The position numbers and the translations under genes are program-made. 34,515 nt of DNA from a virus (Duplodnaviria; Heunggongvirae; Uroviricota; Caudoviricetes): the IMG/VR virus record IMGVR_UViG_3300028327_000833, positions 1 to 34,515 of that record, one strand, 5' to 3'. Below are positions 16,973 to 25,905 of this stretch, in pieces (within the stretch, counting starts at the first letter, position 1; each line of letters starts with the position of its first letter). Below the pieces are notes generated by a model. The model saw only the letters and a program-made list of their open reading frames with translations. It had not been told where the DNA came from and ran no database searches.

Positions 16973-17185
16973 ATGACTGTAAGCACGTTTATCGACAAAG
17001 CTAACAAAGTTAGAAGCAATATGAGCCGCAGGTTGGTGACGCGGGAGTTACGGTACGCTAAAGTAAACGCCAATGTCGACGACCGTAAGATGGAGATCAT
17101 TATGCTTGACATGAAAGGCAATTATTTGAAACTCTCTCACGAGTTTAAGGAGGCTTCCGATGAATCTACATCAGCCGCAGATTAA
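16973..17185 (+). CDS. Hypothetical protein
   Basis: GGAGGT RBS, 70 aa. Confidence 0.65.
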   Translation: MTVSTFIDKANKVRSNMSRRLVTRELRYAKVNANVDDRKMEIIMLDMKGNYLKLSHEFKEASDESTSAAD

Positions 17186-18062
17186 ACGCGCGGCGAATAT
17201 TCAAGTTTACGGCGACATGGCCGCGGCGGTAAACCGCCGTCAGGCCGCGTCAGAGCGGATAGGCACGATACCGGTCGCCGAGTATAACGACGACTACGAG
17301 CCGATTGCGCCCGGTTACATAAAGAACAGGCATCGGCCTGCCGAAGCGCCCGTCGTAGGTATTGACGGGACTTTTGTAAACCCCGTCATGGACTACGGTT
17401 TGGATGATCTGTATAACAGTAGCGAAAAAGCGGCTCTTTCCAAGGCTACGAATCAAAGGGCGGCGTCGGGGGACACGCTGGCGTTTCAGCAGATGGGCGG
17501 AGCCGCGCCTCCGCCGGGAGTTATACAATCCGCGGGGAGGACGTTTCAGCCGTCCGACGGACAACGGCCGTCGGTAGGGGCTCCGCCGCAGTTCCCGCCG
17601 CAGCCTATGTCCCCCGAAGAGCTGGACTCTTACAACCGCCGCGCGCGGAAGGCGGCGACGCACCCGCGCCTGATCCGCGCCGACGTCTGCCTGAACTGCG
17701 AGTTTTTTCTCGCGTACACCCGCGGGACGGACAAGCGGCACTTTACGCTGTGCAAGTGGGACGGCGCGTCTCCGTGGGATAAAAACTTCACCTGCGGCAC
17801 AAGCAAATGCGGCAATTACTTGGAGTACGGCTCGGAGCCTGCGGCCGCCTCTGTAGACCAGCCCGCCGCGAAGCCGAAACGCAAGCGTAGAAGCCGCGCT
17901 GAAATAGAGGCCGCCGAGCCGCAAAAACCGGCCCCCGTCAAGGAATCGGCGGCGCTGTTTATGAAAACGCCGTACGCGGCGGCGGACGCGGAGCCGTCGG
18001 ACGAGTTAGGGGAAGCTTTAGCGAAACTGGACGCCTTCGTGGAGAGCGGGGACAGACGGTAA
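17160..18062 (+). CDS. Pro-rich protein with Cys cluster
   Basis: AGGAGG RBS; CLNCEFF..LCKW..TCGTSKC. Confidence 0.7.
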   Translation: MNLHQPQIKRAANIQVYGDMAAAVNRRQAASERIGTIPVAEYNDDYEPIAPGYIKNRHRPAEAPVVGIDGTFVNPVMDYGLDDLYNSSEKAALSKATNQRAASGDTLAFQQMGGAAPPPGVIQSAGRTFQPSDGQRPSVGAPPQFPPQPMSPEELDSYNRRARKAATHPRLIRADVCLNCEFFLAYTRGTDKRHFTLCKWDGASPWDKNFTCGTSKCGNYLEYGSEPAAASVDQPAAKPKRKRRSRAEIEAAEPQKPAPVKESAALFMKTPYAAADAEPSDELGEALAKLDAFVESGDRR

Positions 18063-18916
18063 TGCCGAATGCGCGTTGCACCGAAACATACAGCCGCCTT
18101 AAAAACGTCGCCGTCAACGCTGACGTTTTAGAGGCGTTAAAATACGTCCCGGACGAAAGCGTGCATTTGACGTTTACTTCGCCGCCGTACTACAACGCTC
18201 GCGAGTATTCCGCATATCCGAGCTATCAGGCTTATTTGGAGTTTTTAGAGAAAGTTTTTATCGAGACACGCAGAATCACCAAAGAAGGGCGTTTCTTGGT
18301 TGTCAATACGTCGCCGATACTTGTTCCGCGACTGAGCCGTCAGCATCAAAGCAAAAGGTACGGCATTCCTTTTGATCTGCATCCGCGCCTGTTAAAAAAC
18401 GGTTGGCTGTTTATCGACGACATTGTGTGGGTGAAGCCGGAAGCGTCCGTAAAAAACCGCATAGGCGGCTTTATGCAGCACCGCAAACCGTTAGGATATA
18501 AGCCGAACATCGTAACGGAATACTTAATGGTTTATCGAAAGGCGACGGAAAAGCTGTTAGACTGGAACATCAGAAGTTACGACGGCCGTACCGTCGAAGA
18601 AAGTTTGGTCGGAGACGGTTATGAAACGAGCAATGTTTGGAAACTGTCTCCGTGCTCCGACAAAGTTCACCCGGCGGTTTTTCCGGTCGAACTCGGTAAA
18701 AAAGTGATTCAATACTACTCTTACGCGGGCGACTTGGTTTTCGATCCGTTTGCGGGGAGCGGCACGGTCGGAAGAGCCGCCGAAACGCTAGGGCGTTCGT
18801 TTTTTATGACCGAACAAAACTCGAAATATTTCGAATACATGAAAACAAAACAAAATAAAACAAAATTTTTAACGCTAGAACAGTTTATAGCCGAGAAAGA
18901 GGCGGACGATGTCTAA
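18062..18916 (+). CDS. Orphan amino-DNA methyltransferase, beta class (SPPY, probably N4-C)
   Basis: Motif IV FTSPPY precedes motif I DPFAGSGT; HPAVFP; no neighbouring endonuclease. Confidence 0.9.
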   Translation: MPNARCTETYSRLKNVAVNADVLEALKYVPDESVHLTFTSPPYYNAREYSAYPSYQAYLEFLEKVFIETRRITKEGRFLVVNTSPILVPRLSRQHQSKRYGIPFDLHPRLLKNGWLFIDDIVWVKPEASVKNRIGGFMQHRKPLGYKPNIVTEYLMVYRKATEKLLDWNIRSYDGRTVEESLVGDGYETSNVWKLSPCSDKVHPAVFPVELGKKVIQYYSYAGDLVFDPFAGSGTVGRAAETLGRSFFMTEQNSKYFEYMKTKQNKTKFLTLEQFIAEKEADDV

Positions 18917-21674
18917 AGTTCTCATAACAGCCGATATTCACATGAAACAGTGGGCGCGGTACAATAAAACCGAAAACTTTAGGCTTGAGCAGTTCATCAA
19001 GCTTGCCGAACTGATGCGCGACGTTTGCCGCAAAAATTCGGCGAAGCACGTCGTGATCGCCGGGGATCTTCTCGACGAGCTCTCCCCTCCCCCGATTGTG
19101 TACCACTACCTGCACCGATTTCTTTCCATCCTTGCGGAAGTTTCGACGGTGTACATTGTGTCCGGTAATCACGACATGTCGAAGAACGTATACGACAAAC
19201 GGAACGCTTACTACCCCGTTCTGAAAGACAGCAATTTCGGAAGCCGCGTCGAATACCTGCACGACGAATTCAGAACCGTCGGAGGGAAACAGTTCTACTT
19301 TCGCGGGTGGGAACCGTCGTTGCGCCCGTTTCCAGACTGCGACGTGCTGATAACCCATGCATACATCGGCGGAGGCGTCCTTCCGACCGGATTGAAAATC
19401 AAAGAAGGCGACAAGATTAACGGAAAGTACGGCATAGCGTTTATCGGGGATATTCACTTGCATCAAGTGATCGGAAAAGCGGTCGTGCCCGGAACGCCGT
19501 TGCAGAACTCCTACTCGGACTCGGCGAACACGGGCTTCATCCTTTTCGACACCGATACCTTCGAGTGGGAACATGTCAGCACCGCCGGCGACAGCCGATT
19601 CCTGCGCTTCCGATATAGCGACGACGCCGAGGATATAGAAAAAGAGTGTTATGACGCTCTCGACTATCGCGGAGACGGCACTGACGACATTGTCGTACAT
19701 CCAGACAAGCTCTTAGAAAAGCATAACATAGTTTACCGCGAACGCGGAATCGAAAGGCCCGCTTTGTCGTTCGACATCAAAAGCGTCGGCTCCATAAGCG
19801 TCGGCGACATCCTGAACGAGCTCGTGAAAGACTTCCCGTACAAGGACGCACTCATGGCTTGTATAGGACAGGAAGGCCGCGCTCTGGAGAGTTTCATTCA
19901 TCAAGAACTAAAAGCCGCGCTCAAAGACATTGAGGTTACGAACTTCAAGTCGATTGAAAGCCTGAAATTGGATTTTACGGATTTGAAGAAACTCACGATC
20001 ATAACGGGACAGAACGGCGTCGGCAAATCGACTCTGCTTCAGTCGATAATATGGGCGCTTACGGGCAAAAGCCCAGCGGACGCGGACGACGTCATACAGT
20101 CGGGCAAACAATATTGCGAAGTCAAGCTCAGGATAGATTATCAAGGGCGGCGGTATTATATAGAGCGCAGCCGCGGCTCCAAGTTCGAGTTTGTCGTCAA
20201 GTCTTGCAATATCGCAGCTGGAGCCGATAACACGGATTCGGGCGAGCATTTCGTTACGGCAAGTTCTAAAGCCGAACTGCAGGAGCGTCTCGAAGAAACC
20301 CTGCCGATAATCAAAAAGCTGCATTTGCTGTACTTAAATCAATCTCGCGACGGTTTCTTGTCGGAATTGAACGACGCGGCCAGAGTATCGTTAATGTCCG
20401 AGTTGTCGGGGCAGTCCGTCGTCGCCGAAATGTCCGACAAAGTCGATAGATTCGTCGCGGGTCTGAAAAACGACTCCGATTCGGAGGACGCCAAGTATAG
20501 CGACGCGCGCAACAGATTGTCGGCGTTGAAAAACCAGTACGACGATAAAATCGCCGACCCTACGGACGAAATTAACGGCATCAACGCCGAGATCGCGGGA
20601 CTTGACGCCGAGATCGCGAAATTGACGAAGCGGAAGACGGAAATCGCGGACGAAAAGCGGAAAGCGTTCGAGGCTGTCGAAGCCGATCTCAGGGAGAAGA
20701 TTCAAAAAGTCGAGGATAAGAAATCCAAGACGCTTATAGAGCAAACCGAGACGGATAAAGACATCGCCGCATACGACAACATCGCGCGCAGGAAGACGTC
20801 GTGGGTGTGCCACGTCTGCAAAACCGTCATAAAAGCTACGGATATAACAGAAGAAGCCATAGAAGACGCCAAGCGGAAGCTGGTCGAACTGAACGCCAAA
20901 AAAGACGAAATCTTTAAGAAGCGCGACGAACAGATCGCGTTGATAGCCAAAGCCAATACTGTGTTAAAAAACGCGCGCGCGAAGATGCAGGACGGGATTG
21001 CAGAAGCGTCCAAAGAATGCGACGATCAGATCGGCAAGAAAACAACGGAGCGGAACGCCGTCAGAAACCGTTTGAACGAGCGCATGGAGCTTTTGGGCAG
21101 GTACAAGAAGAATCTGGAGATTAAAGACGCCGTTGCCGCGATGGAAGGCAAGTCGGCTCTGTTGCAGAAATCGGCGGAGGCCGCCAAGGAGAAGTTCACG
21201 GCGTTTAAAAAGATTAATTCTACGGTATTCGGCGACGACGGGCTGATGTCGGCGGCTATCCTTGAACGCATAGCTACGGCTATAAATAACGATCCCGAAG
21301 TTAAAATCCTGACCGCCAAGAAGCTTAAGAACGGCAAACTCCGGCCCACGCTCGATTTGGAGTTGAAAGTAAACAACGTGTTCCAGCCGTACAGCCGAAT
21401 GTCGGGTGGGGAGCGTTTGAGGGTCGACTTGTGGTTTCTGAATAAGATGGTAGGCCTTATTTCGGGGATGGGCTTCCTGCTCTGCGACGAATCTTTGAAG
21501 TACGCGGATCCTATAAACGCGGAGAAGATGCTTCAAAGTCTGTTGGACTCCGATATTAAGAACGTTCTCCTGACGTATCACGGCGTAGTTCCGGGCATGG
21601 TTCTGGAATCTCCGGACGTCAGCTTTATGCAAGTTTCCAAACTCGGCGGCGATTCCGTATACAGTCTCGCATGA
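18909..21674 (+). CDS. Mre11/SbcD nuclease - Rad50/SbcC ATPase fusion (gp47-gp46-like)
   Basis: ADIH, GDLLD, GNHD, THA, GDIH phosphoesterase motifs; Walker A GQNGVGKS, coiled coil with CHVC hook, MSGGE signature, Walker B LLCDES. Confidence 0.9.
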   Translation: MSKVLITADIHMKQWARYNKTENFRLEQFIKLAELMRDVCRKNSAKHVVIAGDLLDELSPPPIVYHYLHRFLSILAEVSTVYIVSGNHDMSKNVYDKRNAYYPVLKDSNFGSRVEYLHDEFRTVGGKQFYFRGWEPSLRPFPDCDVLITHAYIGGGVLPTGLKIKEGDKINGKYGIAFIGDIHLHQVIGKAVVPGTPLQNSYSDSANTGFILFDTDTFEWEHVSTAGDSRFLRFRYSDDAEDIEKECYDALDYRGDGTDDIVVHPDKLLEKHNIVYRERGIERPALSFDIKSVGSISVGDILNELVKDFPYKDALMACIGQEGRALESFIHQELKAALKDIEVTNFKSIESLKLDFTDLKKLTIITGQNGVGKSTLLQSIIWALTGKSPADADDVIQSGKQYCEVKLRIDYQGRRYYIERSRGSKFEFVVKSCNIAAGADNTDSGEHFVTASSKAELQERLEETLPIIKKLHLLYLNQSRDGFLSELNDAARVSLMSELSGQSVVAEMSDKVDRFVAGLKNDSDSEDAKYSDARNRLSALKNQYDDKIADPTDEINGINAEIAGLDAEIAKLTKRKTEIADEKRKAFEAVEADLREKIQKVEDKKSKTLIEQTETDKDIAAYDNIARRKTSWVCHVCKTVIKATDITEEAIEDAKRKLVELNAKKDEIFKKRDEQIALIAKANTVLKNARAKMQDGIAEASKECDDQIGKKTTERNAVRNRLNERMELLGRYKKNLEIKDAVAAMEGKSALLQKSAEAAKEKFTAFKKINSTVFGDDGLMSAAILERIATAINNDPEVKILTAKKLKNGKLRPTLDLELKVNNVFQPYSRMSGGERLRVDLWFLNKMVGLISGMGFLLCDESLKYADPINAEKMLQSLLDSDIKNVLLTYHGVVPGMVLESPDVSFMQVSKLGGDSVYSLA

Positions 21675-21686
21675 TGCGGAGGTTAA

Positions 21687-22323
21687 ATGATCAGCGTTAA
21701 AATAGCGTCGACTCTGCCCAACAACACGCTGTTTCCTGAGAGCGTGGAGCAGAATCTCAACCTCGTGTTATCGCAAGCGGCCTCTAAATATCGTTTGGGC
21801 TTCGATGTCGTTCAAGGTTTTGACTACGCTAAAAATTACAACGAATGCGTTTATAGGGATTTTTATCACGCCGCAGAGGTGCGTTTGGATTTCGATTTTT
21901 TGTTAATAGCCGACAGCGACATATTATGGCGGTCTGAAGATTTGGACAGGTTAATCTCCCGCGATTTGGACATCGTCGGAGGCGCTTATGCCGACAGATG
22001 GGCGCGGGGGCGGTTTTGCGCGGTTAAGGTCGACGATTTCGGGGCGTTTACGGAATCCGACTTTATTTCGCAAAGCAATGCCGGTTGCGGTCTAATTGAA
22101 GTGGACAGGGTAGGCTGCGGGTTTTTGCTGATAAAAAAAAAACGTGTTTGCGGCGATAACGCCTCCGTGGTTTATCGCGGATTACTTACGAGTAATTAAA
22201 GACGGCCGTCTTAAATTGCATTACGAAGGAGCCGATTTCCGGTTCTGCCGCGTAGCCAAAGAACATGGGTTTAAAATATATGCGGACACCGATACGGTAG
22301 TGCGGCACATGGGCGTAACCTAA
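21687..22323 (+). pseudogene. GT-A (GT2-like) glycosyltransferase split by a +1 frameshift at A10 (22133-22142)
   Basis: LLIADSD (DxD), IVGGAY, VDRVGCGFLLIKK; shifted frame continues NVFAAITPPWF..GADFRFCRVAKEHGFKIYADTDTVVRH to TAA at 22323. Confidence 0.8.
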
Positions 22324-22349
22324 GCGCTGAAAAATTTCTCAGCCCGCTA

Positions 22350-22378
22350 TTGACTTCAGTGGTGTAATTTACTAAATT
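22350..22378 (+). promoter_or_regulatory. Sigma70-like promoter
   Basis: TTGACT-N17-TAAATT in the intergenic gap. Confidence 0.55.
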
Positions 22379-22568
22379 TAAGATGTTAAGATACCCCCGC
22401 CGTCAGGCTTATAGGGATAAAAAACCGCGTTTCCGTTTAAATTAAGCGTTCCGGCTCAAAAAAAACTCCATTTACTTACACTATTTAACTTTTTGCCGTC
22501 GTACCTGTATTTAAATCGCGCGGTTTTTTTTTCGCGCCGGCCCGAAACCGTTTTGCCCGGAGCTTTTT

Positions 22569-23081
22569 ATGCCGATGGACAAGGACTACATTCTTGCTTT
22601 AAACCGTCTGCTCTTCAACACGTTCAGGGATAAGTATATCAAGGCGGCGTTCGACCAAATCAAGGAAGACGTCAGAAACGCCGAAACGCTGCCCGCAGGT
22701 CGAAAAGAACTCGCCAAGTTCGCGCAAAAACTTGTTTACGATGCTTTTAACGAAGACTTCATGCTGAGATTGACGGCGCACGTCACGCGGGCTCTCCGAA
22801 CCGCCCCTCCGATAACGTCGATAACCGCGAAAATCAACCGCTGGGAAGCGGCTTTGAAGTGCATCGCGAAGGCTTACGGGTGGAGCAACATGGTTAAGAT
22901 ATGGGCCGCCACAAGAGGGTTCGGCCTGTCGAACTCGGACAAAATTACGGCTAAGTACCGAAAGATCGGATCCGTCACGGAAAGCGAACTCGCGATAAGT
23001 TTTAAGGTCTTGAAAGAAGCCGAAGGGCTTGACGAGGAATTCTTGAATTATATAAAAAGCGCGATTAAGAACCAAAGGTGA
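22569..23081 (+). CDS. Hypothetical protein
   Basis: 170-aa ORF. Confidence 0.65.
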   Translation: MPMDKDYILALNRLLFNTFRDKYIKAAFDQIKEDVRNAETLPAGRKELAKFAQKLVYDAFNEDFMLRLTAHVTRALRTAPPITSITAKINRWEAALKCIAKAYGWSNMVKIWAATRGFGLSNSDKITAKYRKIGSVTESELAISFKVLKEAEGLDEEFLNYIKSAIKNQR

Positions 23082-23134
23082 CGGGCGGCGGAACCGCGCC
23101 GGCCGCCCGTTTCAACAAGTCGGAGGAATGTGTT

Positions 23135-23632
23135 ATGGGTGCATCGGTTAAAGCTAAACGAACCAAAAAGGACTACACCGGCGTTGCCGACCGTTACCGC
23201 CAAGGCGAGAGGCTTGTGGATTTAGCGGCGGAGTACGGCATAACCAGATCGGGCATGTACTTGCGGTTGAAGGACGAAGGCGTCGCGGAATTCCGCGACG
23301 AGCGCAGAAAGATAGATACCGCCGCGGTTATCGACTTGCACATGCAAGGCATGACCATGACCGACATCGCGAAAAGGTACGGTTGCACGGTTAGCGCGGT
23401 CAGCATGATGCTGAAAAAACACAACGTTACTTCAAGGCGTAAAGCGATTACGCCTGATCTGGAGAACATAGCCGTCGCCGTACCCGACGTTCCTAAAGAC
23501 ACTTTCGGAGCCTTTAAAGAATTCCAAAAAGACTTCGGCAGACAACTGACGGACGATCGTGTAAGCTTTACGACATGGTTCGGCGACGATGACAGCGATC
23601 TCGCGGAAATAAAAACACTCCTAGATCTGTAG
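23135..23632 (+). CDS. Tandem HTH protein
   Basis: RYRQGERLVDLAAEYGITRSGM.. and LHMQGMTMTDIAKRYGCTVSAVSMMLKKHNV; GGAGG RBS. Confidence 0.75.
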   Translation: MGASVKAKRTKKDYTGVADRYRQGERLVDLAAEYGITRSGMYLRLKDEGVAEFRDERRKIDTAAVIDLHMQGMTMTDIAKRYGCTVSAVSMMLKKHNVTSRRKAITPDLENIAVAVPDVPKDTFGAFKEFQKDFGRQLTDDRVSFTTWFGDDDSDLAEIKTLLDL

Positions 23633-23663
23633 ACAAGCCCCTGATAAATTTCCGCGATTAGAA

Positions 23664-23677
23664 GCGTACTGTAGTAG
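23664..23677 (+). promoter_or_regulatory. GCGTACTGTAGTAG motif copy 5
   Basis: Intergenic, abutting the RBS of the 23689 gene. Confidence 0.6.
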
Positions 23678-23688
23678 AGGAGGGTGGT

Positions 23689-24000
23689 ATGCGGTTTTTC
23701 GGAGGCGACAGCGATTTTCGGATACCCGAATCCGTAGACCGGCCTACGGCTCCGCTCGACTTGCTGTATTGGTCGATTTTCGCCTGTTTGAAGAGCCACG
23801 CCCGCGATACAGACCCTGACACGGAGCTGGAGATGGGCATGTACATCGGCAACGAAATCCTTGAGATTTTTGTCCCGGTTCGTTGCGCCGAGGCGGTCGT
23901 AAAAGCGTCCAAAGAGTGCTACATTCTGCGGCACGTGACCTGGAAGTTCCGCGTGAATATCGGAGACGCGGAGTTTAACCGTTTGAAAGGCAGAGTCTGA
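23689..24000 (+). CDS. Hypothetical protein
   Basis: GAGGAGG RBS, 103 aa. Confidence 0.7.
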   Translation: MRFFGGDSDFRIPESVDRPTAPLDLLYWSIFACLKSHARDTDPDTELEMGMYIGNEILEIFVPVRCAEAVVKASKECYILRHVTWKFRVNIGDAEFNRLKGRV

Positions 24001-24001
24001 C

Positions 24002-24328
24002 ATGAAAGTCGTTAAGGACAAGTCCAAAGACAACGCCGCCGAACCGACTTACAGCCTGTGCGGACTGTCCGTTAAAGAGTTGAAAAGCATCCGTACGGGG
24101 CTTGAAATGCTTTGGGCGCAGTACAACAATAATCGCATAAAGGTGATGATCGCCGATATAAACGCGGGAGCGTTGAAAGACCACGTAGATAAGTTTTGGA
24201 CTGAGATCGATCCCGAAGCCGTTAAAAAGCAGAATAAAGCGGTTTTGAAGGCGTTGGGACGGTTTATTCCGACAGCGGAGAATTCCGTGCCGATTCCGCC
24301 GTCTCTGTCGGGAAAAACTTATAAATGA
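24002..24328 (+). CDS. Hypothetical protein
   Basis: 108 aa, packed operon. Confidence 0.65.
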   Translation: MKVVKDKSKDNAAEPTYSLCGLSVKELKSIRTGLEMLWAQYNNNRIKVMIADINAGALKDHVDKFWTEIDPEAVKKQNKAVLKALGRFIPTAENSVPIPPSLSGKTYK

Positions 24329-24414
24329 ACGGCGTGTCGATTGAAACCGCCGAGACGCGTTTGGCCGTTTTTCACGAAAAAAAAAATACATACAACCGCT
24401 AAGGAGTTTTAAGA

Positions 24415-24726
24415 ATGAAACCGATCCGCAATAACGTCTTAGTCCGCCCGGAGGCTCCGAAGACAACTACCGCGTCAGGGCTTCTGATTCCGTTTCAGGC
24501 TATCAAGAAGAACAACAACCCTGAGCTGGTGCGGGCGAAGGTCGTTGCGGTAGGCTCCGGGTTTCGGAGCGTTGAGGGCGCGTGGATCGCTCCCGACGTC
24601 AAAGTCGGCGACATCGTTTATTTCGGCGGATTGAATTACACCGGTACGGTAATCGAAGAGGACGGAGTCGAATACCGCCTTTTGAGAGAGATCGACATTC
24701 TAATGAAAGAAGAGATCCCGACATGA
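24415..24726 (+). CDS. groES: GroES-like co-chaperonin (divergent, full length)
   Basis: MKPIRNNVLV..TTTASGLLIP..KVVAVGSG..PDVKVGDIVYF..IEEDGVEYRLLREIDIL; TAAGGAG RBS. Confidence 0.88.
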   Translation: MKPIRNNVLVRPEAPKTTTASGLLIPFQAIKKNNNPELVRAKVVAVGSGFRSVEGAWIAPDVKVGDIVYFGGLNYTGTVIEEDGVEYRLLREIDILMKEEIPT

Positions 24727-24983
24727 AACAAGTGCAGCAGGACAGGCTGACGCGTGTGAACGGGCAGGAAGTCAACATCGACGCTTGCCGAAATTTTGTG
24801 GCCGAAGCTATGAGCGACTACAAAGATTGGATGAAGCGGCTGTTTGCCGACGATGAAAATCTCGGCCGGCGATTAACCGCAGATTTCGCGTTCAAGTACT
24901 TCGCGGACTTCACGCAGTGGATAGAAGACAGCGGTTTCGGTCTAGCGGATACATATTTTTCCGAGCGAAGGAAAACGTCTTAG
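24723..24983 (+). CDS. Hypothetical protein
   Basis: ATGA overlap with groES stop. Confidence 0.65.
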   Translation: MKQVQQDRLTRVNGQEVNIDACRNFVAEAMSDYKDWMKRLFADDENLGRRLTADFAFKYFADFTQWIEDSGFGLADTYFSERRKTS

Positions 24984-25204
24984 TGAGCGAAAGACACGAT
25001 CTCGACGATTTGCCTATGAGCTGGGATATTACGCTCGGAGAGCTCAAGGTGGTTCGGAAAGGGCTGTCGGCTTACTTGGACGCGTGCGGATCCGTGCCGC
25101 CGAGCGACACGGTGTTTAGGCACGGCGACGAAGTCTTTATGTGCATGGATATGTTAAATAGAATAAGGCGAGTTATACAATTCACCGAAACACCGGAGGC
25201 TTGA
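24983..25204 (+). CDS. Hypothetical protein
   Basis: GTG start overlapping previous stop. Confidence 0.55.
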   Translation: MSERHDLDDLPMSWDITLGELKVVRKGLSAYLDACGSVPPSDTVFRHGDEVFMCMDMLNRIRRVIQFTETPEA

Positions 25205-25205
25205 C

Positions 25206-25490
25206 ATGGCGCAAAGCGAAGATACGGAACTTAAAATCGAGGCGGTTTGCACGAACCTCGGCAATCTCCTGAAAGCCAAGAACAAGGCTTACGGGGATTC
25301 AGCTTTATCTCCTAAACGCATTTTTTCCAAATCAAGCGGCGAAAGCTCGATTCTGTCGCGGATCGACGAAAAAATATCGCGCATAGAAAATTCGGAAGAG
25401 CTGCGGAAGAACGACGTCACCGATCTGACTGGATATCTTATCTTGCTGCTGATCGCCAAGAATTGGACGGATTTCACCGATTTAACTTAA
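25206..25490 (+). CDS. DUF1599-like (nucleotide-modification-associated, all-alpha) protein
   Basis: LLKAKNKAYGDS..ILSRIDEKISRI..DVTDLTGYLIL pattern; GGAGG RBS. Confidence 0.7.
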   Translation: MAQSEDTELKIEAVCTNLGNLLKAKNKAYGDSALSPKRIFSKSSGESSILSRIDEKISRIENSEELRKNDVTDLTGYLILLLIAKNWTDFTDLT

Positions 25491-25506
25491 CGGCGGACGG
25501 CGGACA

Positions 25507-25710
25507 GTGGAACAGATACCGTGTCCCGGGCTGAACCGCCTATATTGGGTGATCGAGTTCTCCCCTGTCGATCCATATAACGAGGCCGCGCCTTATGTCG
25601 GCCGCGGCTATATCGATTACTATGACAGTCTGGAAGAGGCGGCGGAAGCGTTGCATAAAATGGATAAACTTCCGCATGTGGTTTATAATCTAGCGCTGTT
25701 AGGAGTGTAG
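25507..25710 (+). CDS. Hypothetical protein
   Basis: 67 aa, in operon. Confidence 0.55.
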   Translation: MEQIPCPGLNRLYWVIEFSPVDPYNEAAPYVGRGYIDYYDSLEEAAEALHKMDKLPHVVYNLALLGV

Positions 25711-25713
25711 GCG

Positions 25714-25875
25714 ATGCTGAATAAAAACACCGAAAAACGAATCGACTTGATGATCAGGCTCGCTTACGGGCCCGACAATCCTGAACCGTCCGGCAGGGTC
25801 AAAAAGCCGTTGCGGAATCCGATCAAAGTCGGTAAGAACAGCGGTAAACGCAAACCCGCGTGGGGCGGGGTTTGA
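25714..25875 (+). CDS. Small basic hypothetical protein
   Basis: Manual translation MLNKNTEKRIDLMIRLAYG..PAWGGV; AGGAG RBS. Confidence 0.5.
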   Translation: MLNKNTEKRIDLMIRLAYGPDNPEPSGRVKKPLRNPIKVGKNSGKRKPAWGGV

Positions 25876-25905
25876 CCGAGTCTGAGACGAGGAGACTGAC
25901 GCGCT

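Noticed and set aside
18885-21632. Antisense ORFs (271 aa, 222 aa and others) within the Mre11-Rad50 gene, and similar ones within pol and nrdD
   Set aside because: Expected shadows of codon bias; no motifs or RBS.
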